Source of the DNA: an uncultured Alphaproteobacteria bacterium
GTDB taxonomy: Bacteria; Pseudomonadota; Alphaproteobacteria; RF32; CAG-239
DNA length: 64,000 nt
NCBI GenBank assembly: GCA_944392235.1
Contig: CALXVZ010000006.1
Coordinates: 22,664 to 86,663 of the forward strand
Direction: 5' to 3'
In this document: one piece after another, positions 18,885-28,557 of the stretch
Layout: each line of letters starts with the position of its first letter
Numbering within the stretch: position 1 is the stretch's first letter
Translations under genes and position numbers: made by a program
Notes under the pieces: model-generated
What the model was told of the DNA's origin: nothing
The model's input: the letters and a program-made list of their open reading frames with translations, nothing else
Databases searched by the model: none

Positions 18885-21185
18885 TTAATAACGAATATGT
18901 TTCAACACAATTGTAGAAAGAGGCGGCAATGTAATTTCGATAGAATGAGGACGTCCATTCATAGACTCATCTGAAGCATACAATTCGCCCTCATTTTTAA
19001 CACCACTTCCCCAATAGTTTTTATCATCGCTATTAAAGATTTCTTGATATACACCACTATCCGGCACACCGATTTTAAAACCTCTTCTAACAACCGGAGT
19101 AAAGTTACAAACAACAACCATATAGTTATTTGAATCATGTCCTTTACGAATATAAGAAATAACACTATCATTAGCATTAGCGTGATCAATCCATTCAAAT
19201 CCTTTACTATCAAAATCTTCTTCAAAGAAAGCTGAATTACCTTTATACATCAAATTTAAATCACGCACACAATTTTGCACACCTTTATACATAGGATACT
19301 GCAACAAGTGCCACCTCAAACTTTCAGCAGAATTCCACTCCCAATCCTGTCCATATTCACACCCCATAAAGAGTAATTTTTTACCTGGATGCGTCCACAT
19401 AAAGCCATAATATGCTCTCAAATTAGCAAACTTCTGCCATTCATCACCCGGCATTTTACCAAGCATAGAACCTTTTCCATGAACAACTTCATCATGAGAA
19501 ATAGGCAAAACAAAATTCTCATTAAAAGCATACAACAAACCAAAAGTTAATTTACCATGTTCATATTTACGATAAACAGGATCTTTACTGATATAATTAA
19601 GGGTATCATTCATCCATCCCATATTCCATTTATAACCAAATCCCAATCCCCCCATAGAAGTAGGACGAGACACCATTGGCCAAGCAGTAGATTCTTCTGC
19701 ACAAGTCATTGTTCCAGGACATGTAGAATAACAGAGTTCATTCATTTTACGAATAAAAGCGATTGCCTCTAAATTTTCATTTCCGCCATAAATATTTGGT
19801 ATCCATTCACCATCTTTACGAGAATAGTCAAGATAGAGCATAGAAGCAACAGCATCAACACGAAGTCCATCAATATGATATTCTTTCAACCAATAAAGAG
19901 CGCTAGAGCAAAGAACATTACTTACTTCTGTTCTACCATAGTTATAGATTTTAGTTCCCCAATCTTTATGTTCACCTTTACGAGGGTCAGCATGTTCATA
20001 CAAATGTGTCCCATCAAATTCGACCAAACCATGTCCATCTTTAGGGAAATGAGCTGGCACCCAATCCATAATAACACCGATATTAGCCTGATGGAATTTA
20101 TCAATCATATATCTAAAGTCATCAGGATTACCAAAACGAGAGGTTGGAGCAAAAAGACCTGTAACCTGATATCCCCAGGAAGCATCTAAAGGATGTTCGC
20201 AAACAGGTAAAAATTCGACATGAGTAAATCCCATATTCATAACATAAGGCACAAGGCTATCAGCTAATTCTCTATAAGTTAAAAATTCTGAACCATTTTC
20301 ACCTTTTCTACGCCAAGATCCCAAATGAACTTCGTAAATAGACATTGGTCTATCAAAACTATTATATGAAGCACGATAACTCATCCAATCATTATCATTC
20401 CATTTATAGTGATTAAGATCATAAACAATAGAAGCGGTATTAGGTCTAACCTCTGAATAGAAAGCCATAGGATCGCTTTTTGTTAAAATATAACCTTGCT
20501 GAGTTTTAACTTCAAATTTATAGTATTCACCTTCAGAAATATTTGGAATAAATATATCCCAAACTCCACAATTAAAATGTTTACGCATAACATTAACGCG
20601 TCCGTCCCAATTATTAAAAGCGCCAATAACAGAAACGCGTTTAGCATTTGGAGCCCAAACAGAAAAACCTACACCTTTAACCCCATTAAGTTCCATTACA
20701 TGAGCACCAAGTTTTTTATATAGATCTAAGTGATTACCTTCAGCAAAAAGGTATTCATCTATATCACCCAAGATTGAAGGAAAAGAATAGGCATCCTCCT
20801 CAATATAAACTTCATTTTTATCGTTAGTAATTTTAAACTTATGAGAAAAGTTATCAGTATTCATCATTCCCAAATTAATTTGATAAAACCCTCTACTATC
20901 AAGCATAGTCATCAAACCCAAAGAATTATTTTGAGCATCCAATAACTCTATTGATTTTGTTTTAGGTTTATAAGCACGAATAAAGACTTCTTTACTTCCC
21001 TTATCACGATGAACACCCAACACAGCCATTACATTTTCATAATCGCCGTTAATAATGCATTCCATTTCATTTTTCGACAGTAAATTATTCATATTCCCCT
21101 CACCACAAGAACTCAAGACAGCAAAGTCACAAAGTCCATTGTTATTTTCATTTTTTACAGTTTGATTTTTAACTGTGTTGGCCAT
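18885..21185 (-). CDS. glgB: 1,4-alpha-glucan branching enzyme GlgB (GH13)
   Basis: GH13 regions [27 protein letters not shown] and [10 protein letters not shown]. Confidence 0.9.
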   Translation of the reverse strand: MANTVKNQTVKNENNNGLCDFAVLSSCGEGNMNNLLSKNEMECIINGDYENVMAVLGVHRDKGSKEVFIRAYKPKTKSIELLDAQNNSLGLMTMLDSRGFYQINLGMMNTDNFSHKFKITNDKNEVYIEEDAYSFPSILGDIDEYLFAEGNHLDLYKKLGAHVMELNGVKGVGFSVWAPNAKRVSVIGAFNNWDGRVNVMRKHFNCGVWDIFIPNISEGEYYKFEVKTQQGYILTKSDPMAFYSEVRPNTASIVYDLNHYKWNDNDWMSYRASYNSFDRPMSIYEVHLGSWRRKGENGSEFLTYRELADSLVPYVMNMGFTHVEFLPVCEHPLDASWGYQVTGLFAPTSRFGNPDDFRYMIDKFHQANIGVIMDWVPAHFPKDGHGLVEFDGTHLYEHADPRKGEHKDWGTKIYNYGRTEVSNVLCSSALYWLKEYHIDGLRVDAVASMLYLDYSRKDGEWIPNIYGGNENLEAIAFIRKMNELCYSTCPGTMTCAEESTAWPMVSRPTSMGGLGFGYKWNMGWMNDTLNYISKDPVYRKYEHGKLTFGLLYAFNENFVLPISHDEVVHGKGSMLGKMPGDEWQKFANLRAYYGFMWTHPGKKLLFMGCEYGQDWEWNSAESLRWHLLQYPMYKGVQNCVRDLNLMYKGNSAFFEEDFDSKGFEWIDHANANDSVISYIRKGHDSNNYMVVVCNFTPVVRRGFKIGVPDSGVYQEIFNSDDKNYWGSGVKNEGELYASDESMNGRPHSIEITLPPLSTIVLKHIRY

Positions 21186-21788
21186 AACTATAACTCCAAA
21201 ATATAAATAAAAAATACGTTACAAAACATGTATAAAAACAAAACAAATAAATTGCAAGAATTTTGTTATTTTTTTTCACCATTCCACAACCATTTTTCCT
21301 TTTAAAAACAACATGATTACCCACATCAAAACATAGTTCTATTTTTTAAAACAACATCGCAACAAAAAACAAAAAAATAACATAAACAAGACATCCAAAT
21401 ACTATGCAAAAATATCTTTAAACTCACTACATTAAAGACACGAATAAAAAGATAATATTTTTGCACAAGAAAAGAATTTTTTTTTCATAAAAATTTTATT
21501 TAAACAAAAACAGTATTTTTCGAACTTCCATACAGAAAAATTTGCACTAAAGTTTTACAAAAAAAAGCATAAAAAACAAATAGATATCAAACAAAAGATT
21601 ATCAAAAACAAATAACTTATTGTCATTATTATTTTTTTTAATATTTCTCTCTTTTTTTAATGATTTTTTAATCTATTTACATATATAAGATATCTACCAA
21701 CAAAAACGAAAAAAATTCGTATTTACAAAATAAAAATTATATTTATACTAACACTGTTTTTACAACGAAATTATTTGGAGATATTGAA

Positions 21789-22004
21789 ATGACATTCAAT
21801 GAAAATTTAATCAGAGAAGCTGCTTACTACAATTGGCAAAATGCTGGTTGCCCTTTTGGTCAAGATGAAAAATTCTGGAATATGGCTATTGAACAAATTT
21901 ATGGTTCAAAAGCAACAAAATCTTGCTGCAGTAAAGCTAATTCCACAAAGAAGACAGCTACTAGCAAAAAAGCTACTACTTCTAAAGCTAAATTAAAGAA
22001 GTAA
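21789..22004 (+). CDS. DUF2934-like small protein with a K/S/T-rich tail
   Basis: IREAAYYNWQNAGCPFGQDEKFWNMAIEQI fits the DUF2934 pattern (IRErAY..W...G.P.G.d..hW..Ae). GGAG RBS upstream and a terminator downstream. Confidence 0.6.
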   Translation: MTFNENLIREAAYYNWQNAGCPFGQDEKFWNMAIEQIYGSKATKSCCSKANSTKKTATSKKATTSKAKLKK

Positions 22005-22025
22005 GATTGTTTTTCTAAAATAAAA

Positions 22026-22054
22026 AACCACCTGTAATTAAGGTGGTTTTTTTT
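22026..22054 (+). terminator. Intrinsic terminator
   Basis: Stem aaccacct/aggtggtt with a 7-nt loop, followed by a run of eight T. Confidence 0.75.
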
Positions 22055-22151
22055 ATATTACTATGCTTTTAAATTTTATAGAAAATTTACCTAATATTAA
22101 ATAATAAAAATCTAAATTACATCCATTAAATAAGGATAGAGAAAAGAAAAA

Positions 22152-23372
22152 ATGATAAAGCAATTCACCCCGTTAAAAAGACTAGATATAGCATGTTTTC
22201 TTCGTTCACAACTATATTTAGCACCTGTTTTAATCTTTTTCTATCAACAAAACGGTTTAAGCATCACAGACTTTGTCTTATTTCAAGGTATATTCCAGCT
22301 AACTGGAATTTTATTTGAAATACCCTGCGGATATATAGCTGATATTATATCTAAAAAGAAAGTTTTGATTTTAGCATTCACCTGCTTTTTTTTAAGAGCA
22401 GTATTATGGTTAAGTTTTTCAGGAATATACATTGTCCTTCTTGGTGAATTATTTAACGCGCTGTCACGTGCATTTTTATCTGGAGTTTATGATAGTTATA
22501 TATTTGATTATCTAAGAGATAAAAATAAAACAAGACACATGCTCAAAGAAGTTGGAAAAGCAAATTTTGCTATGTCCTCTGGAGCTATGTTTGCAGCCAT
22601 TTTCAGTGCCTCATTATATAACAAATATGGAACAATAATTTTACTTAGCCTTGAGTTCATTTTAACATTAACAAGCATAGCCCTATTGCTAACACTTCCC
22701 AATCCTCCATCTGCAAGCCCCAACGCACAAACATTAAAAGAAAAGTTTATAGAAATAAAAGAAACCACAATATTCACTATAAAAAATCAAAATATAAACA
22801 TCTATATTTTATATTCAGCATTATTATTTTCCACGACATCTTTATTTTGCTGGTGTTTCCAACCACTACTTAAAGTATCATCTGCACCAGTCATCTTATT
22901 TAGTTTAATATATGTTATAAATCATGCCCTACGCGCGATTTTCTCATACTATGTCAACAAGTTAAAAAAATTTTTCGGCTTCAATCGCCTCTTAGTAATC
23001 ACAACTTTTTTATGTGTATACTCATTTGCATGTATGATATTAAGTTTTCACTTCCAACAACCTAATATTGCATTCATTTGTTTAATTTTTGTATGCATTG
23101 GAATAGGATTTCAACTAGCATTTGCCATCGCGAATATAAACCACATCCACAGTTTTGCCCTAGAGGAAACAAGAGCAACAATATCATCTGTAAACAACAT
23201 GTTGCAACAAACCATTTCAGGACTATCCTTAATATGCTTTAAGTTTATTATAGCCCCCTCTGGAGAAAATAGCGGTTTATCATTTTCATCAGCATTTTCA
23301 CTTTTTGGAGGAATATATATAAGCATCTTTATAATACTCTTATACAACATTTACAAAAAAAAGAACACATAA
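22152..23372 (+). CDS. MFS-type transporter
   Basis: About 12 hydrophobic helices. Loop 2-3 motif GYIADIISKKKV resembles MFS motif A. Confidence 0.6.
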   Translation: MIKQFTPLKRLDIACFLRSQLYLAPVLIFFYQQNGLSITDFVLFQGIFQLTGILFEIPCGYIADIISKKKVLILAFTCFFLRAVLWLSFSGIYIVLLGELFNALSRAFLSGVYDSYIFDYLRDKNKTRHMLKEVGKANFAMSSGAMFAAIFSASLYNKYGTIILLSLEFILTLTSIALLLTLPNPPSASPNAQTLKEKFIEIKETTIFTIKNQNINIYILYSALLFSTTSLFCWCFQPLLKVSSAPVILFSLIYVINHALRAIFSYYVNKLKKFFGFNRLLVITTFLCVYSFACMILSFHFQQPNIAFICLIFVCIGIGFQLAFAIANINHIHSFALEETRATISSVNNMLQQTISGLSLICFKFIIAPSGENSGLSFSSAFSLFGGIYISIFIILLYNIYKKKNT

Positions 23373-23472
23373 CCCCTAAATAAAATAATTTTACACCGAG
23401 AATTTAACTAAAAATAAAGCAATACTCCATTAGAGTAATCACTAAGTATTAACTTACAGCAAAGGAAAAAAT

Positions 23473-23910
23473 ATGTCAGCTTGGATTATTTTTCTAATAA
23501 TAGCCACGATAAGTTTCATTGCAGAAATTTACACTCCCACAATGTTCTTTTTAAACTTTGCATTAGCCGGAATATTATGTTCAATAATATCGCTTATTAC
23601 AGACAACTACAACGTATTGATACCAATATTCACTATATTATCAATCCTCTTCATTTTATTTTTACGTCCAATATTCAATATCAACCCCAACAAAGAAAAG
23701 ACACAAAGTTTTGAATCTCAATACATAGATAAAATAGCAACAGCAATAACTGACATCAATGCGTATTCTGGAAGGTTAAAAATCTATGATGAAGATTGGG
23801 AAGCACGCACATTAGACGAAGAAAAACCTGAAATAAAAAAAGGTTCAAAAGTTAAAATCATACGACATACCGATTTGACCATGTATGTAGAGAAAAAGGG
23901 GAGAAAATAA
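23473..23910 (+). CDS. NfeD-family membrane protein
   Basis: Hydrophobic N-terminal half plus a C-terminal OB-like segment (GRLKIYDEDWEARTL..GSKVKIIRHTDLTMYVE). Stop abuts the SPFH gene start (taaATG). Confidence 0.7.
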   Translation: MSAWIIFLIIATISFIAEIYTPTMFFLNFALAGILCSIISLITDNYNVLIPIFTILSILFILFLRPIFNINPNKEKTQSFESQYIDKIATAITDINAYSGRLKIYDEDWEARTLDEEKPEIKKGSKVKIIRHTDLTMYVEKKGRK

Positions 23911-24891
23911 ATGGATATTTTACTATCACTACTAATATTTTTAGCAATTATCGTAGCCATAAAAGGATGCATAATAGTAGAGCAACAAGAAGTTGTAATT
24001 ATCCAACGTTTAGGTAAATATAAAGAAACACTGAGTGCCGGATTAAATTTTATAATTCCGATAATAGATTCCCCCAAAGGAATATACCGTAAAGTAAGCA
24101 CAACATATCCCGATGGAAGAACATATTCCTACATGCAAAAGAGCAATCGAATAGACTTGCGTGAAACAGTATATGACTTTCCTCGCCAAAACGTAATAAC
24201 CAAAGATAACGTATCCATATCAATTAATGCTGTATTATATTTTCAAATAATTAACCCTGAAAAATCTGTATACGGTGTTGAAAATTTATCAGAGGCAATT
24301 GAAAAATTAACTCAAACAACTCTTCGCCAATTAATTGGTAAAATGGAATTACAAGAAACTTTAGTATCAAGAGATAAAATCAACGAAGAATTACGGAGTA
24401 TTTTGGATTCCGCTTCCGATAAATGGGGAGTAAAAGTCAATCGTATCGAATTACAAGATATAACCCCACCAGCAGATATACAGGCAGCAATGGACAAACA
24501 AATGAAAGCGGAAAGAGAAAAGCGCGCAATGATTTATGAAGCCGAAGGTGAAAAAGAGTCATCAATTCGCATTGCCGAAGGACAAAAAGAAGCAGCCATA
24601 AGAAAAGCCGAAGGAGAAAAAGAAGCCTCCATATTAAAAGCAGAAGGTATCGCACAAGCAAGAATGGTTGAGGCGGAAGCTGAGAAGGAAGCAATTAAAC
24701 GTATAATTGAAGCATTATCAACTAAAGGCCAAGCTGACAAATACTTAATTGCAATGAAATACCTAGAAACCATGAAAGAAATGACCTCCGGCCAAGATAA
24801 CAAGATTGTATATATGCCATATGAAGCCAGTGCTGTATTAAGTTCTGTAGACGGAATACGCGAAATGCTATCACCTAAAAAAGGTGCATAA
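23911..24891 (+). CDS. SPFH/band-7 (stomatin-like) protein
   Basis: N-terminal anchor and SPFH core (VIIQRLGKY..., RIDLRE, ITKDNV, AVLYFQI, IELQDITPP). Followed by an A/E/K-rich coiled coil. Confidence 0.85.
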   Translation: MDILLSLLIFLAIIVAIKGCIIVEQQEVVIIQRLGKYKETLSAGLNFIIPIIDSPKGIYRKVSTTYPDGRTYSYMQKSNRIDLRETVYDFPRQNVITKDNVSISINAVLYFQIINPEKSVYGVENLSEAIEKLTQTTLRQLIGKMELQETLVSRDKINEELRSILDSASDKWGVKVNRIELQDITPPADIQAAMDKQMKAEREKRAMIYEAEGEKESSIRIAEGQKEAAIRKAEGEKEASILKAEGIAQARMVEAEAEKEAIKRIIEALSTKGQADKYLIAMKYLETMKEMTSGQDNKIVYMPYEASAVLSSVDGIREMLSPKKGA

Positions 24892-24914
24892 GACACAAAA
24901 AACAAGGAAGAAAA

Positions 24915-25280
24915 ATGTTCATATTACTGACCATAGGAATATTCATCTTAAAATTTTTAGCCCTTGGAGCAGTAGGATTATTCTTTGCTGAAGATTTAGC
25001 CCTAACAAAATCTGTTGGAGGAACAATATACTCAGCATATTCTACATTAGGAATATGCACATTTTTCGCTTTATTATTTTTTGCGTTAGGAAAAAGAATA
25101 TTCTGGCTAATCATAACCATCGTTTTAGGAAGCATGTATCTTGGAATGTATAATGAGGCTCCTGGAATAAAAGAGGTGCATCAACAAAACGATTTAAAAA
25201 GTCGATATTTTAAGGATACAGACACTTTCATAAATCGCATGAAGGATGTAGCCGACATCATCCAGAAAGACAAGCGATAA
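24915..25280 (+). CDS. Hypothetical small membrane protein
   Basis: Three hydrophobic helices. AGGAAG RBS upstream. Co-oriented with the NfeD-SPFH pair. Confidence 0.4.
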   Translation: MFILLTIGIFILKFLALGAVGLFFAEDLALTKSVGGTIYSAYSTLGICTFFALLFFALGKRIFWLIITIVLGSMYLGMYNEAPGIKEVHQQNDLKSRYFKDTDTFINRMKDVADIIQKDKR

Positions 25281-25318
25281 GCAAAAAAAATCAGCTTTCA
25301 ACATTCAGGAGAACATCA

Positions 25319-26272
25319 ATGTTCAAATCCTCAAAATTAGACAAGCTTGTATCGGCGCAAATTATCACCGAAGAGCAAAAGATACAAATACTAAACTTTG
25401 ATGATGGGTATAATACATCTTTTTTACAAAAGATATTAATTGGTCTTGGAATTTTCACTATTGGAATAGGAATAATCTCGATAATTGCCGCCAACTGGAA
25501 TAATATAAGTGATACCATCAAACTTTCAACAATGTTTGTTATATTACTAATAATAAGTTCCATCACCTATTATTTAACAAACAAACAGCAATACAAATTA
25601 GGTGAAAAACTAGCCTTAGGAATATTTTTTCTGATAGGAGCTTCTCTCGGATTAGTAATACAAACATTCCAGCTAAATGGAGGTAGTATATACAGCCCAC
25701 TTGGATTTTTGTGCCTCATAACCACCAGTCTACTTTTTTACCCTAAGCAAAATCTAATTTCTTATTTCTGGTCACCCATATTTTTCATATGGTTATGCTG
25801 CTATATCTTTGAAATATGGGAACATAATTTTTTAGAAAAAGAAATAAATATTTTTATGCTATTTATAGGAATATCATGGTTAGGAAAGTTCCAAGAAAAA
25901 TTCTTACCACAATTTTCACTCGGTAGAGTCATTTCAAAAACATCCTTCAAAATATATTGTATATTACAAATCTGCTTTATCATAATTGCCAGTTTTAATT
26001 CCAAAGAAGGACTACAAGCTCTATTGACATACACAACTTTTATAGGAATACTTTCGATAATCTACACCCACATTAAAGACTATAAAACAATTCATACATT
26101 ATTAAAACTAGCCGCACTGCTGATAATAGGCATTTACATAAATTTAGGAGAAAAACTAGGATTATTCCATACTGGGATAGGATTAATTATAAGTGGAACT
26201 ATTTTTATAGCTATGTTAATATACACACCCAAAATCATTCATCTAATCTCTAAGGAGAAAAAAGATGCATAA
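25319..26272 (+). CDS. Polytopic membrane protein, DUF2157-like
   Basis: Soluble N-terminal KLDKLVSAQIITEEQKIQILNF followed by about 9 TM helices. Overlaps the downstream GDYXXLXY-like gene by 8 nt, which is the usual partner arrangement. Confidence 0.5.
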   Translation: MFKSSKLDKLVSAQIITEEQKIQILNFDDGYNTSFLQKILIGLGIFTIGIGIISIIAANWNNISDTIKLSTMFVILLIISSITYYLTNKQQYKLGEKLALGIFFLIGASLGLVIQTFQLNGGSIYSPLGFLCLITTSLLFYPKQNLISYFWSPIFFIWLCCYIFEIWEHNFLEKEINIFMLFIGISWLGKFQEKFLPQFSLGRVISKTSFKIYCILQICFIIIASFNSKEGLQALLTYTTFIGILSIIYTHIKDYKTIHTLLKLAALLIIGIYINLGEKLGLFHTGIGLIISGTIFIAMLIYTPKIIHLISKEKKDA

Positions 26273-26678
26273 GAAAATACAAAATATTCTAATAATCTTC
26301 ACACCATTTTTTTTAATAACATCATGGGTAGGATATATTATATATAGCATATCGCTAGGAACGGAAGTCAAACTCCGCATACAAGGATACGATCCAAGAG
26401 ATTTACTAGCTGGCTATTACATAGAATACACAATTGATTGGAACAATACAGATTGCAGACAATTTGAAAACAACATATGTCCAGAAGAAGAGTTCGCAAA
26501 AAAAAATCTAAATAGAGGCAGATTCTACACCACAAAAGAAGATGCACAACAATTAGAAAAAGAACTCCAAGATAGTAACAATAAAGCAGAAATAATCTAC
26601 TCATATCATAAAAATAAATATCCCTATGCTTTAAGATTACTAATAAATGGAAAAAGTTGGGAAAACGACGATAAATAA
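26265..26678 (+). CDS. GDYXXLXY-domain-like protein
   Basis: N-terminal anchor, then VKLRIQGYDPRDLLAGYYIEYTIDW. This resembles the DPR.L.RGDY..L.Y core of the family, with the GDY partly degenerate as GYY. Confidence 0.5.
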   Translation: MHKKIQNILIIFTPFFLITSWVGYIIYSISLGTEVKLRIQGYDPRDLLAGYYIEYTIDWNNTDCRQFENNICPEEEFAKKNLNRGRFYTTKEDAQQLEKELQDSNNKAEIIYSYHKNKYPYALRLLINGKSWENDDK

Positions 26679-26757
26679 AAAATTAAGAAGCACTAAAAAC
26701 ATACTTATCTACCTTACTTTGTGTGCAAAGGAAGGTAGATAAGTGAGTTAGAAAATA

Positions 26758-27324
26758 TTAAAAAAGAAATTTAAAACCTCTCAATAATTTCAAGCAAAAA
26801 CTTTCTTTTTTGTGAAGTGAAACAGGAGCATTTTCAATAGAAACAACATTTCCCTCAACCCAATCAGTAGGATAACGAGCAAAAAATTCATCTACAGACA
26901 TACCTGTCAAAAATTTCAAATTAAGAGCTGCTTCTTCAGCATTATCGCTTGCATGGATTAAAAAACCGCCTTTACACCACTTACGATATTTATACTTAAG
27001 TTGAGCAACATTAATATTAATACCATTTACATAAAGAGGGTTATCATCAGAAACGATAACAGCCAGAAATTCATCATTACCGCATTCAATTTCTTTTTTA
27101 AAACCCTGAAATAACTTTTTTCCATAAAACTGAGACAATCTAAGAGCAAAGCTTTTTTTATCCCAATGGCAATTAAAGATTTGCCTAATCTGAAAATGTT
27201 TTTTTATATCATCAATAATAGGCTCTTTCAAATAGAGTCCATTACTCCAAATAACAAATATATGCAATTCACTATGCATAGTAGTCCCCTTAGTCTGATT
27301 AACGATAGAAAAAGATACTGTCAA
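26758..27324 (-). CDS. Hypothetical protein with a nucleoside-diphosphate-kinase-like motif pattern
   Basis: LHIFVIWSNG..., FLAVIVSDDNPL and GFLIHASDNAEEAALNLKFL line up by eye with the NDK elements RTF.IIKP, GP.V..V.EG.NA. and HGSDS.ESA.REI..FF. A likelier start is Met16 (MHSEL). Confidence 0.35.
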   Translation of the reverse strand: MTVSFSIVNQTKGTTMHSELHIFVIWSNGLYLKEPIIDDIKKHFQIRQIFNCHWDKKSFALRLSQFYGKKLFQGFKKEIECGNDEFLAVIVSDDNPLYVNGININVAQLKYKYRKWCKGGFLIHASDNAEEAALNLKFLTGMSVDEFFARYPTDWVEGNVVSIENAPVSLHKKESFCLKLLRGFKFLF

Positions 27325-27344
27325 ATCAATATAATAATCACTCG

Positions 27345-27659
27345 TTACACAATCGGAGGCTGAGAAGACAAGGAAGGAACAAAGTTATAAAAAAATGCAA
27401 ATTTAAAGACATCAGATAAGTGCGGATCAACAATACGTTTCATTTCACAAACAGAAACATTTTCTGGCAGAATAAAAGTCTGCACTGTAGTAAACTGAAA
27501 ACCATCATCGCTTAATCCATCATAATCATTATCTGCATCAGGATTAGAAGTAGAAAAGATAGTTTGTCCATTGTTAAGACATAACTCATCGACATCCAAT
27601 ACATCGAATATGGACGTCACAAAAGAAACAATCATTAACAATACCATAAACTTTCTCAT
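27345..27659 (-). CDS. Hypothetical secreted acidic protein
   Basis: N-terminal signal-like helix MRKFMVLLMIVSFVTSIF. D-rich centre. No homology recognised. Confidence 0.35.
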   Translation of the reverse strand: MRKFMVLLMIVSFVTSIFDVLDVDELCLNNGQTIFSTSNPDADNDYDGLSDDGFQFTTVQTFILPENVSVCEMKRIVDPHLSDVFKFAFFYNFVPSLSSQPPIV

Positions 27660-27813
27660 AATATGAAGAAATATATCATTTTTATTTATTTTACAATTAT
27701 TTTTTTTTACAAATAGTTATGCAAAAATGATTTATAATCTTTGACAAACACACAAAAAACAATAAACTTAAAGCGTCCAAAAATTATGATGTTTAATTTT
27801 TAAATTTAAGCTT

Positions 27814-28413
27814 ATGAAAAAATTAGATGCACAAGGTGAATTAGCGTTAATAAATAAAGCTACACCATTAGAATTAAGAGAATACTTCAATAATTACAGT
27901 TTTGAAGTAGCCAGTGAGCTATACTTTCTAAAGAGCACGAACACTCCGTTGAAAGTAGCATATATGCAAAAGCATCCTCTATCAGAAGCCGGAGAAATCC
28001 TTTTACTAAAAAAGGAAGATTCCTCCATCATTCTGCAATATTTCAACAAGTGGGAGTTAAGCAAAGCAGCACAACGAATATTACTTGATAAAGGATCTGT
28101 GTCAATAATTACAAATTATATTCAAATACATAACTTATCAGAAAGTAATGAACCATTGCTTTTCACTCCCAAACTCAAAGATGCCGCCCGCGTATATGTA
28201 AAAAATTTTATATTATTTGAAGCATCTGAACTTCCAATGATGGAAATGGAGGATCTTGAACTCATCGCCATGTACATTGAACATGACAGATTGCATGAAA
28301 CAGCAGAAATAAAACTGCTGACACCAGCTTTCCAACCTCTAGTTCCCACATACTACAAAAAATGGGGATTTGGTGCAAAAGCAGAAATAATCTACGCTAA
28401 TCTGACAATGTAA
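27814..28413 (+). CDS. Helical repeat protein (about seven 26-aa repeats)
   Basis: Periodic pattern LS.EA.E.LLL...D...II..YI....L, for example SEAGEILLLKKEDSSIILQYFNKWEL / SKAAQRILLDKGSVSIITNYIQIHNL. Followed by its own terminator. Confidence 0.5.
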   Translation: MKKLDAQGELALINKATPLELREYFNNYSFEVASELYFLKSTNTPLKVAYMQKHPLSEAGEILLLKKEDSSIILQYFNKWELSKAAQRILLDKGSVSIITNYIQIHNLSESNEPLLFTPKLKDAARVYVKNFILFEASELPMMEMEDLELIAMYIEHDRLHETAEIKLLTPAFQPLVPTYYKKWGFGAKAEIIYANLTM

Positions 28414-28419
28414 TTAACA

Positions 28420-28444
28420 AAGGCTTCTCATGAAGCCTTTTTTT
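28420..28444 (+). terminator. Intrinsic terminator
   Basis: 8-bp stem aaggcttc/gaagcctt with loop tcat, then a T-run. Confidence 0.75.
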
Positions 28445-28500
28445 ATGGGATATAAATAGATAAATTCTCCATTAGCACAAAATCAATAAACAAACAATAC

Positions 28501-28529
28501 TTGACAAAAACAAGATGAATACTTATGTT
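28501..28529 (+). promoter_or_regulatory. Sigma-70-like promoter candidate for ppa
   Basis: TTGACA (28501-28506), 17-nt spacer, TATGTT (28524-28529). AAGGAG RBS at 28545-28550 and ATG at 28558. Confidence 0.45.
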
Positions 28530-28557
28530 CAAGAAAGATTAATAAAGGAGAAAAATA

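Noticed and set aside
19557-20723. Several 70-104-aa ORFs on the + strand inside glgB. Similar antisense ORFs occur inside mrdA (144..599), the 864-aa gene (7838..8224), rpoA (31067..31637), ybeY (39533..39958) and the autotransporter gene.
   Set aside because: All lie antisense to, or out of frame within, well-supported long genes, and they encode low-complexity peptides without RBS context.
21186-21788. The AT-rich divergent region considered as the chromosomal replication origin.
   Set aside because: There are only two imperfect DnaA-box-like 9-mers. None of the genes that commonly flank alphaproteobacterial origins (dnaA, hemE, parAB or gidAB) lies nearby. Several other strand switches occur in the same window, so gene orientation is not diagnostic. 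This needs a genome-wide GC skew analysis.
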